A DNA stretch of 64,000 bases from Candidatus Latescibacterota bacterium (GTDB lineage: Bacteria; Latescibacterota; UBA2968; UBA8231), in NCBI GenBank assembly GCA_965223905.1, contig CBDCXV010000001.1:1376001-1440000 (forward strand). The letters are read 5' to 3'. The notes beneath the pieces are model-generated. The model was not told the DNA's origin and did not search any database. It saw only the letters and a program-made list of their open reading frames with translations. The translations under genes and the position numbers were made by a program. Of this stretch, positions 8,728-17,656 are shown piece after piece. Numbering within the stretch: position 1 is the first letter of the stretch; the number at the start of each line of letters is the position of its first letter.

Positions 8728-10488
8728 ATGGCCAGATCACGACAAGGAAAAGGCGGAAAATCCCCGCGGCCCACCGTGCCGCGCCGCAAGAACAGCGGCA
8801 GACCCGTCGGTGCCCCGGGCAAGCGGGAAAAGCAGTCGCGCCGCCGGCAGGCCTCGGCGAAACCTGCCTCCGACGCCGCCTATCTCCGCGAAGCCATCGA
8901 CGGCCTCGGGCTGCCCGGCCCCTTCCCGGAGGAAGCGGTGGCACAGGTCGGCGCGTTCCCCGAGGTCGACCCGGAAAAAGCGCTGGCCCGGGGAAGACGC
9001 CGCGACCTGCGCCCGCGCACCCACGTCACCATCGACGGGGAGGACGCCCGGGACTTCGACGATGCCGTGTCGGCCGAGAAGCAGGGAGACGCCTACCGCG
9101 TCTGGGTGTCGATTGCCGACGTCGCCTGGTATGTGAAGGCGCGCAGCCCCCTCGACCGCGAGGCGCTGCTGCGCGGCACCAGCGTCTACCTTCCGGGGCG
9201 CGTCCTGCCGATGCTGCCGGAGCGTTTGTCGAACGGGCTGTGCTCGCTCCTTCCCGGCGAACCGCGGCTGACCGTGACCTGCGAGATGGTGGTCGACGGC
9301 GACGGCGGGCGCGGCAGCATCGAGATCTACCCCTCCCTGATTCGCAGCGCCGCCCGCCTCACCTACACCCAGGTACAGGCCCGGATCGACGGGGCCCCGG
9401 ACGCCCTTCCCGAGGCGGTAGCCGGGGTGGTGCAGGACTGCATCGAGGCCTCGCGGCTGCTGCGCCGGAGGCGCTTCGAGAAAGGCTCCCTCGACCTCGA
9501 GATCCCGGAGCCGGAGGTCCTGTTCGACAAGGGGGGCAATCCGGCCAATGTCGTGGCCCGCAACCCGCTCCCGGCTCACCAGGTCATCGAGGACCTGATG
9601 GTCGCCGCCAACGAATCGGTCGCCGAGCACCTGCTCGACCTCGGACTCGAGGGCGTCTACCGCGTGCATCCCCCGCCGCCCCGGGAGAAGTGGCAGCGGA
9701 TGGCCGCCTGGGCGAAGCGATTCGGGCATCCGGTGAGGACGGGCAAGGAGAACAGCCCGAAAGCGGTCGCCGGCCTTCTCGCGAGGCTCAAGCAGTCGCG
9801 GCAGTCCGAGAGCGGGCAGATGCTGCTGCTGCGCTCCCTGAGCCAGGCCTTCTACTCGGCCGAGGTCGACCTCCACTTCGGACTGGCCTCGGAAGCCTAC
9901 GCCCACTTCACCTCGCCGATTCGCCGCTACCCCGACCTGCTCGTCCACCGCGCGCTCTGGAATCACTGGCTGAAGAAGCCCAACCTGCGCCGGCTCGAAG
10001 CCGCGGCGGAGAACTCCTCGGAGGCGGAGCGGCGCGCCATCGAAGCCGAGCGGGAGATCGTCCAGGCCGCGGCCTGCCTCGTCGCCCGCAGGCACCTGGG
10101 AGAGGAAATGCCGGCGCGGGTAACCGGCGTTCATGCCGCGGGACTGTTCGTCCGTCCCGAGGGACTGTTCGCCGAAGGTCTGGTGCCGGTCCGCTCTCTC
10201 GGCGAGCGCAGCGGCGACTACTTCGAGGTCTGGGAGGAGGCGCTGGCCCTGGTCGGCCGCCGCACGCGAGCTGCCTATACCCTCGGCGACCGCCTGACGG
10301 TGCGCCTGGCCGAGGTCGATCTCGAGAGGCGCCGCATCAATTTCGAGCTGGCTGCGCCAGAGGCGGCAAGCCCGGGGAAATCCGCGGCGGCCGGGAAAGG
10401 AGCCGGCCGGCGGAAAGCGGCCCGGGGCCAGGGTGCCGGCAAGGGCCGCGGAAGGGGTGATCGTCCTGGCCGTGGGAGGAAACGGTAA
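8728..10488 (+). CDS. rnr: RNase R / RNase II family 3'-5' exoribonuclease lacking N-terminal cold-shock domains
   Basis: TIDGEDARDFDDAV catalytic motif, RGTSVYLP, HFTSPIRRYPDLLVHR, C-terminal S1 domain, basic tails. Confidence 0.85.
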   Translation: MARSRQGKGGKSPRPTVPRRKNSGRPVGAPGKREKQSRRRQASAKPASDAAYLREAIDGLGLPGPFPEEAVAQVGAFPEVDPEKALARGRRRDLRPRTHVTIDGEDARDFDDAVSAEKQGDAYRVWVSIADVAWYVKARSPLDREALLRGTSVYLPGRVLPMLPERLSNGLCSLLPGEPRLTVTCEMVVDGDGGRGSIEIYPSLIRSAARLTYTQVQARIDGAPDALPEAVAGVVQDCIEASRLLRRRRFEKGSLDLEIPEPEVLFDKGGNPANVVARNPLPAHQVIEDLMVAANESVAEHLLDLGLEGVYRVHPPPPREKWQRMAAWAKRFGHPVRTGKENSPKAVAGLLARLKQSRQSESGQMLLLRSLSQAFYSAEVDLHFGLASEAYAHFTSPIRRYPDLLVHRALWNHWLKKPNLRRLEAAAENSSEAERRAIEAEREIVQAAACLVARRHLGEEMPARVTGVHAAGLFVRPEGLFAEGLVPVRSLGERSGDYFEVWEEALALVGRRTRAAYTLGDRLTVRLAEVDLERRRINFELAAPEAASPGKSAAAGKGAGRRKAARGQGAGKGRGRGDRPGRGRKR

Positions 10489-10585
10489 CCCCCGATGGCG
10501 GAGTCCAATTGCTCGACTCTTGGAAACCTCGATACCCTTCGGACACCGGGGGCGCTCCAATCCGGTTTGGGGCTTGGTAAATCCG

Positions 10586-10876
10586 TCAGGCAGGCTGCTT
10601 CACGTCGGCCATTGCCTGTTCGATGGTTTCCGAGTCTACACCGTGGTTCTGCAGACTTTTTACGAACAATTCAAGCCCAGGGTTGTTTTCCAGTCGCAGG
10701 AGATCCTGACGCAGACCTTGGCCGATGTAGGCTCGAATGAGCGGTTGGTATCCGGAGAATCCCAACTGGGGGGCGATGCGCTTGAGATCATCAATAACGT
10801 CTTCCGGCATGCGAATGCTCACAGGGACCATCGTCCGATTCCTGGTCAGTCTTTTTTTCAAATCACTGCTCTTCAT
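10586..10876 (-). CDS. CopG/RHH-type antitoxin (BrnA-like)
   Basis: VSIRMPEDVIDDLKRIA...GYQPLIRAYI; start overlaps the end of a BrnT-like remnant. Confidence 0.75.
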   Translation of the reverse strand: MKSSDLKKRLTRNRTMVPVSIRMPEDVIDDLKRIAPQLGFSGYQPLIRAYIGQGLRQDLLRLENNPGLELFVKSLQNHGVDSETIEQAMADVKQPA

Positions 10877-10963
10877 ACTGTTTCCTCTCGGCTGGCGTCG
10901 CTGTCCGGGCGGAGATCAGGCGAAACCATGGACGATACCATGTAGCCGAATCGCTATATCCAT
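10863..10963 (-). pseudogene. BrnT-like toxin remnant with an internal deletion
   Basis: Minus strand reads MDIAIRLHGIV, then out of frame RLISARTATPAERKQYEEQ*, the typical BrnT C-terminus; only 101 bp remain. Confidence 0.7.
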
Positions 10964-10982
10964 TATCATGAATTACTAAGTT

Positions 10983-10992
10983 TGTATATACA
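10983..10992. promoter_or_regulatory. Palindrome TGTATATACA, candidate TA autoregulatory operator
   Basis: Perfect 10-bp palindrome about 20 bp upstream of the toxin remnant start, in an AT-rich divergent intergenic region. Confidence 0.4.
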
Positions 10993-11041
10993 GTGTCAAT
11001 ACGCAAAAGAGAAAAGGAACCGCCAGGAAAAAGGGGATAGA

Positions 11042-11848
11042 ATGAGCACGCGATTCGACGAAGCGGTAACCGCCGTCATTACCGGGGACGCGGCAGCACT
11101 GAAGAAACTGCTGCTGGAAGACCCTGGCCTTATCCATGCCTGCGCCCCGTCCGAACACCGGTCGACCCTCCTGCACTACGTGGGGGCCAATGGCATCGAG
11201 GACGAGCTGCAGAAGACGCCGCCGAACGCCGTGGAAATAGCCCGGATCCTGCTCGATGCCGGGGCGGAGGTCGACGCCCTCGCGGAGACCTATGGAGGCG
11301 GAACGAATCAGACGACGCTCTGCCTGCTGGTTTCAAGCTGCCATCCTGCCGAGGCGGGACTGCAGCCGGACCTGGTGAAGGTCCTGTGCGATGCCGGAGC
11401 GGCCGTGAACGGTGTGGCCGACGACGGCGCGCCGCTGGCGACCGCCCTGATGTTCAGCTACACGAAGTCCGTCGACATGCTGGTGCAGTGCGGGGCGCGC
11501 ATCGACAACCTGCTGTTCGCCGCCGGGGCCGGAGACCTCGACCGGGTGCGGTCCTGGTTCGGCTCCGACGGCCGGCTCGATCCCGCCGCGGTATATGACG
11601 GGCCCCATTTTCCCATCGCGGAGGACGAGAAGGAACTGGTCGAGCAGGCGTTCGGTCTGGCCTGCTATCACCTGAGGCTCGACACGATCCGCTTCCTGAT
11701 CGAGCAGGGTGTGGACGTCAACTCGCGGACCCGGATTCTCGGCGGTCCATGGACCGGGCTGTACTGGGCGGCTCACGGTTTCCATACGCAGGAGGAGGAG
11801 CGCCCCGTCCTGGAGTTCCTGAAATCGATTGGGGTCGAGCCGGAGTAG
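11042..11848 (+). CDS. Ankyrin-repeat protein
   Basis: STLLHYVG, ILLDAGAEVD, LCDAGAAVN, LIEQGVDVN, TGLYWAA. Confidence 0.85.
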   Translation: MSTRFDEAVTAVITGDAAALKKLLLEDPGLIHACAPSEHRSTLLHYVGANGIEDELQKTPPNAVEIARILLDAGAEVDALAETYGGGTNQTTLCLLVSSCHPAEAGLQPDLVKVLCDAGAAVNGVADDGAPLATALMFSYTKSVDMLVQCGARIDNLLFAAGAGDLDRVRSWFGSDGRLDPAAVYDGPHFPIAEDEKELVEQAFGLACYHLRLDTIRFLIEQGVDVNSRTRILGGPWTGLYWAAHGFHTQEEERPVLEFLKSIGVEPE

Positions 11849-11983
11849 GGCGCTTAAATTCCAATTCCGGGGGGATGGGGTAGTCCTCCATGTCCCAACC
11901 ACTAATACAAATAATACAAACGACTGGTAGGCAAGCAGTTTCCCCAGGAAAATGCCTGGCAGTTGTTGTAACCGAGTGATCAC

Positions 11984-14900
11984 TTGAGCAAAGCCGCGTT
12001 TCTTCCCGACCTCCTGTCCCGTCCCTGGACCCCCGATTCCGCCCATGGCCTACAACCCGTGGGTCTGTTTGTCGGCAAAGGATCCAACGCAATCGAGGTG
12101 GCGGTCGCTCACGTCTCCCGCACACCCGCCCGCGCAACCCTGATTGCCAGCTGGAAGGCGCGAAAGGGGCGGCGTGCGGCACCGGTGCTCCTGGTTGTCC
12201 TGCGTTCCGGGAAAGCGGCGCTGTGCGGCGCATCCGGGGAGTCGCCGCCGGTCTATACCGACATGGACGTGGGGCAGGTGGAGCGCCTCTGCCGGGAAGT
12301 GCTGGCTCAGCCCGACCGGCACGCGGCGCTCAGACTCCTGTCGCAGGCCCTGCCGTCGCTGGAGACGGCTCTGCCAGGGCTCAACAACGAAGGATTGCTC
12401 GCCCTTCACGAGCTGGAGCGGGGGGTGCCGGAGCGCAAGGACTGGGCCGAGGCGGGACGCAAGGCTGCCCAAGTGCTGAGCCAGCGCGACGGCGATCTGT
12501 TGAATGCCCTCGGTTTTTCCGTCGAACCTCTCGACAATCTGACCCATCTCCTGCGCAGCGGTGAGTGCCGCACCGCGCTCGCGGTCATGCTGCGGGAAAG
12601 CGAGTCCGCGGAGGCTGGGTCCCCCCGTTTCAACAGCCTGTCTCCAATCAGCTACGCCTTCAAGAAGGCCGACGACGAGAACCTTCCCTGGGTCGTCCTG
12701 ACGCAGGGCAACCGGCTTCGCCTGTATGCGACCGATGTCGGCGCGGGGGTGGGCCGTCGCGGGCGCACCGAGACCTACATCGAGTGCCAGCCTTCGCTGC
12801 TGGCCCAAGAGCATACGCCCTATCTATGGCTGCTCTACTCCGCCGAGGCCCTGGCCCCCGAGGGCAGCTTGAGCCAGGTGATCGAGGGATCCCAGCGGTT
12901 TGCCGGCGACCTCGCAGAGCGTTTGCGGGAACGGATTTACGACCATGTGGTCCCCGGACTCGCGCGGGGTATCGCCGAGGCCCGCGGCATCGATCGACCA
13001 GGGCCCCAGGACCTCGCCCGTACCTACGAGATGGCGCTGACAGTCCTGTTCCGGCTGTTGTTCATCGCCTATGCGGAGGATCGCGATCTCCTGCCCTACA
13101 GGCACAACGACGCGTACCGGCGCCGCTCCTTGAAGCAGAAGGCGCAGGAATTGGCCGGTGCGGTCGCCAGAGGCACACCGATCGCCGATGGCGATGCTCA
13201 CTGGCAGGAGACTGCGCTGCTCTGGCAGGCGGTGGCTCTGGGCAATGCCGGATGGGGCGTGCCGGCCTACGACGGCGGCCTTTTCGAGAGCGAGGCCTCG
13301 GTCTCGCAGCTCGGCGCTGAATTGGCGGGCATCAGCCTGCCGAACGAGTGCTTCGAGACCGCCCTCCGCCACCTCCTGGTTATCGAGACGCCGGAAGGCG
13401 TGCCGGGCCCGGTCGACTTCCGCTCGCTTGGGGTGCGCGAGTTCGGAACGATCTACGAGGGCCTGCTGGAATCGGAGCTTGCGGTGGCCGAGTCGGACCT
13501 TGTGCTCAAGAAGCAGAAAGGGGAACTCGTGTACGCGCCTGCCCAGAAGCGGGAGGACCCAAGCGTATATGCAGGCGAGACCTATCTGCACAACCGGTCC
13601 GGCGCTCGCAAATCGTCCGGCAGCTACTACACAAAGCCATTCGCAGTAGAACACTTGTTGAATGGCGCACTGGAGCCTGCCCTGAGCGACCACTTCGAGC
13701 GCCTCGACGCAATGGACGACGCGGGGGCCGCCGGGGCCTTCTTCGACTTCCGGGTGGCCGATATCGCGATGGGCTCCGGGCATTTCCTCATAGGGGCAAT
13801 CGACCACATCGAGAGGCGCATGGCGGACAAATCTCGCGGCGCGGAGTCTGCCGGGGGTTCGCAGGGAGCTGGCGAATCTTCGCGCGGTCGCCTTGGGCGA
13901 ATTGGGGGATCTCAGAGAGAGCACCACGATCGAGGACGGCCAGCTGCTGCGGCGCCTGATCGCCCGCCGCTGCATATACGGTGTCGATCTCAACAGCCTG
14001 TCCGTCCAGCTCGCCCGTCTCGCGGTCTGGATTCACACCTTCGTGCCCGGTTTGCCGCTCTCGTTTCTCGATCACAACCTGGTTCACGGCAACTCCCTGG
14101 TCGGCGTCGGCACCCTCGACGAGATCAAGAAGGAGTTCGAAAAGCGCTCTCTGCCGCTTTTTCCCGTCGATGCGCAGAGCCTGCTCGGGAGGGCCGCTGC
14201 CCCGTTGAGGAGACTCGCCAACATCAACGATGCGTCGTTGCAGGACATCGCCGCTGCCCGGGAGGCAGCGCGAGAGGCCCGCGAGGCGATCCGGAGCACC
14301 GAAGCCCTCTGCGATCTGATCGCGGCACAGCCGATCTCCGAAGACCCGAAGGTGACTCAGTTCCGCTTTGAGGATTGGGAACGGCTTGCACCCAAGGCCG
14401 ATGGATCGGAGGCGGTACGGATAGCGCGGAAGGATCTGGGCAGCCTCCAGGCGCTTCACTTCCCGGTGGCATTCCCGGAAGTGTTTCTCCGCGAACGGCC
14501 GGGGTTCGACGTGGTCGTCGGCAATCCGCCGTGGGAAAAGGCTCATGTTGAGGAGCATGAGTTTTGGGCTCGTCACTCACCTGGGTTGCGGGGCCTACCA
14601 CAGCGTCGGCAGGAAGCAGAGAAGGTGCGGCTGCGGGAAGAGCGCCCCGATCTTGTAGCGCAACTTTCGAAAGAGAAATCCGTAGCGGATCGGCTGCGCA
14701 AAGTACTTATGGGTGGCGGTTATGCCGGCATGGGTGCTGGTCATCCCGACCTTTACAAGGCATTCTGCTGGCGATTCTGGCACGTAAGCTCTGTGGACGA
14801 GGGCCGCATCGGCGTCGTGCTGCCGCGCAGTGCGCTCGCGGCCAAGGGTTCGACCGACTTCCGCCAAACGGTATTCGGTGAATCGGAACACGTCGAAGTC

Positions 14901-16016
14901 ACAATGCTTCTTAACCGGGCGGGATGGGTCTTCGACGAGGCAGAGCACCGCTATACAATAGGTCTTGTCTGTATCGCGCACGGTGTCCCCGAAGAAGAGT
15001 CGATCTATTTGCGGGGTCCCTACGCGACTCGGTCCAGTTTCGATGCTGGGGTCGTCAGGGAACCGGCGGCTTTCTACAGCGCGGACGTACGCAATTGGAA
15101 CGACAGCGCCTCATTGCCGCTCTTTCCGGATGAAAAATCGGTCAACGTATTTGCGCAACTCCGAAACGCACCTCGACTCGATATAGATGTGGATAGCCTA
15201 TGGAAAGCACGGCCGCTTCAGGGAGACTTGAACTCTACGACTCAAAAACCACTAATGGAATTCCTGGACGGAGCTGCTCCAGCCGGGCTTTGGCCGGTAT
15301 ACAAGGGGGAGTCCTTTGACCTGTGGAATCCGGATACCGGAATCTACTACGCTTGGGCAGATCCTGAACCCGTGCTCGACTGGTTTCAGCGAAAGCGGTT
15401 GAGGGCCGGTAAGAACAGTGTTCATCGGGAGTTTCCCGTAGATCATCTACGCGATAGCGGGACCCTACCATGCTGTCGACCCAGAGTGACGTTCCGTAGA
15501 ATTTCCAGAGCAACCGACTCCCGCACAGTAAGAGTGGCGCTCATACCTGCCAAGGTTTTTGCAACAGATGTAGCGCCATATTTCCTTTGGCCTCGCGGGG
15601 ACGAACTAGATCAGGCGTACCTGGTCGGAGTCCTGTCTTCAATCCCGCTCGACTGGTATGCAAGGCGGTTTGTGGAAACACATGTCGATTTTTATGTCCT
15701 AAATCCTTTTCCGATTCCACGCCCCCAGCGCCGCAAGCTACTCTGGAAGCGTGCTGTGGAAATCGGGGGGCGGCTTGCCTGCCCGGACAAGAGGTTTGTC
15801 AACTGGGCGAAAGCAGTAGGCGTCAAGTGCGGCCCTCTTGCCGCCGATGAAAAGGAGGACATGATCCACGAGCTCGACGCCGTGGTCGCCCATCTCTACG
15901 GCCTGAGCGAGCCCCAGCTCGTCCATATCTTCGAGACCTTTCACGAAGGATGGGACTATCAGGAGCGCCTCGAGGGCGTCCGCCGCCATTACCAGGAATG
16001 GAGAAGTCGTCGATGA
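11984..16016 (+). CDS. Large N6-adenine DNA methyltransferase (type IIG/Eco57I-like), split by a 1-bp frameshift at about 13830
   Basis: WVVLTQGNRLRLY, FGTIYEGLLE, RKSSGSYYT, motif I DIAMGSGHFL (ORF from 11984); IYGVDLN and motif IV GNPPW (ORF ending 16016); removing one A at 13829-13831 joins the frames. Confidence 0.85.
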
Positions 16017-17161
16017 CCCTCCGTGTCGACGTGAAGCCGGAGCTGTTTCGCTGGGCGCGCGAGCGGGCGGGGATCGAGCCGGACGCACTGGTTAAGCGGT
16101 TTCCCAAGTATCGCGAGTGGGAGAGCGGGGAAAAACAGCCGACGTTCAAACAACTCGAACAACTGGCCAAAGCGACCCATGCGCCGATCGGCTCTTTCTT
16201 CCTTTCGGAGCCGGTGCAAGAACCGGTCCCGCTGCCTGACTTGCGCACTGTCGGAAACCGGTTTGTCGGCCGGCCCAGCGTCGACCTCCTGGACACGGTG
16301 TATCTGTGTCAACAAAGGCAGGATTGGTACCGGGAAAACGCCCGCATGGAAGGGGAGGATCCGCTGAACTTCGTCGGCTCGGCAACGGTGGCGAGCGACC
16401 CCCAGTCCACTGCCGCCGGGATAAGGACGGGGTTGGGTTTCGATCTGGAGGAACGCCGAAGACTGCCGGACTGGAATGAGGCGCTCCGGCGCTTTATCGA
16501 GCTGGCCGACTCCCTTGGCGTGCTGGTGATGGTAAACGGCATAGTCGGAAACAACACCCGCCGCAAGCTCGATCCGGCGGAGTTCCGCGGCTTCGCCCTC
16601 GCCGACGACCTCGCGCCTCTCATCTTCATCAACGGCGCCGACACCAAGGCCGCGCAGATGTTCACACTGGCTCACGAACTTGCCCACATCTGGCTCGGAG
16701 AGTCTGCGCTCTCGGACCTGGACCCGGGCTCGGCACCATCTCACGAGATAGAGGTGTGGTGCAACCGCGTCGCCGCTGAGCTTCTCGTTCCCCAGACGAC
16801 GCTATGGGATGCATATCGAGAGGGGGAGGATCTGCCAACTCAGCTGAACCGGCTGGCCCGCTACTTCAAGGTGAGCACCCTTGTCGTTCTTCGCCGGATT
16901 TTCGACATCGGCGCAATCGACCGCGGCGAGTTCGCTGTTGCCTACCAGCAAGAGCTGGATCGCATACTGTCCATAACAACGGCAGGCGGCGGCAACTTCC
17001 ATCCGACTCTGAAGGGGCGTGTAGGCCTACGGTTCGGGCGCGCACTTGTCACTAGCACCTTGGGGGGAAGGACTTCTTTCTCCGAGTCCTTCCGTCTTCT
17101 GGGTATCAAGAAGACAGCGACGCTGCGCGAGTTTGCGGCAAGCCTGCAAGTGGGTTCTTGA
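16013..17161 (+). CDS. XRE-HTH plus ImmA/IrrE metallopeptidase
   Basis: N-terminal HTH (WESGEKQPTFKQLEQLA), FTLAHELAH HExxH motif, EVWCNRVAAELL; ATGA overlap with the MTase. Confidence 0.9.
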   Translation: MTLRVDVKPELFRWARERAGIEPDALVKRFPKYREWESGEKQPTFKQLEQLAKATHAPIGSFFLSEPVQEPVPLPDLRTVGNRFVGRPSVDLLDTVYLCQQRQDWYRENARMEGEDPLNFVGSATVASDPQSTAAGIRTGLGFDLEERRRLPDWNEALRRFIELADSLGVLVMVNGIVGNNTRRKLDPAEFRGFALADDLAPLIFINGADTKAAQMFTLAHELAHIWLGESALSDLDPGSAPSHEIEVWCNRVAAELLVPQTTLWDAYREGEDLPTQLNRLARYFKVSTLVVLRRIFDIGAIDRGEFAVAYQQELDRILSITTAGGGNFHPTLKGRVGLRFGRALVTSTLGGRTSFSESFRLLGIKKTATLREFAASLQVGS

Positions 17162-17656
17162 ATGGCGTATCTCCTTGACGCCGATGTTTTCATACGCGCC
17201 AAGAACCTGCACTACGGCTTCGACCTCTGTCCCGGTTTCTGGGACTGGCTGATTCAGGCCAATGCGCAGGGGCGTGTTTTCAGCATTGAGAAGGTCGGTG
17301 ACGAGATCAAGGCAGGAGACGAGGAACTTGCCGAATGGGGAAAGAAGCGCAGCGAGGGTTTCTTTCTCGCGCCGACGCCCGAGGTGCTCGAAGCACTTGG
17401 AATAGTGGCGGATTGGGCGAGCAGCCAGAACTACCAGCCCACCGCCATCGACACATTCCTTCAGGTAGCTGACTACTACCTGATTGCCCACGCACTTGCC
17501 GGCGGCTATGAGGTGGTCACCCACGAGATCCCGTCTTCGTCCAAGAAGAGGATCAAGATTCCCAACGTCTGCATTGGTCTCGGGGTCAAGTGTCCGACAC
17601 CCTTTGAAATGCTGCGCAGGGAACAGGTGCGGTTTGTTCTGGAGGCAACTTCATGA
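17162..17656 (+). CDS. DUF4411 family PIN-like protein
   Basis: YLLDADVFIRAKNLHY, FWDWL, ADYYLIAHA, VVTHE, KIPNVC; usual partner of HTH-ImmA genes. Confidence 0.85.
   Translation: MAYLLDADVFIRAKNLHYGFDLCPGFWDWLIQANAQGRVFSIEKVGDEIKAGDEELAEWGKKRSEGFFLAPTPEVLEALGIVADWASSQNYQPTAIDTFLQVADYYLIAHALAGGYEVVTHEIPSSSKKRIKIPNVCIGLGVKCPTPFEMLRREQVRFVLEATS

Noticed and set aside
11903-11920. TAATACAAA twice upstream of the MTase
   Set aside because: A short AT-rich duplication in a promoter region; too weak to assign a function.
13815-13845. Programmed ribosomal frameshift in the MTase
   Set aside because: Only an A3 run; no slippery heptamer or evident stimulatory structure.
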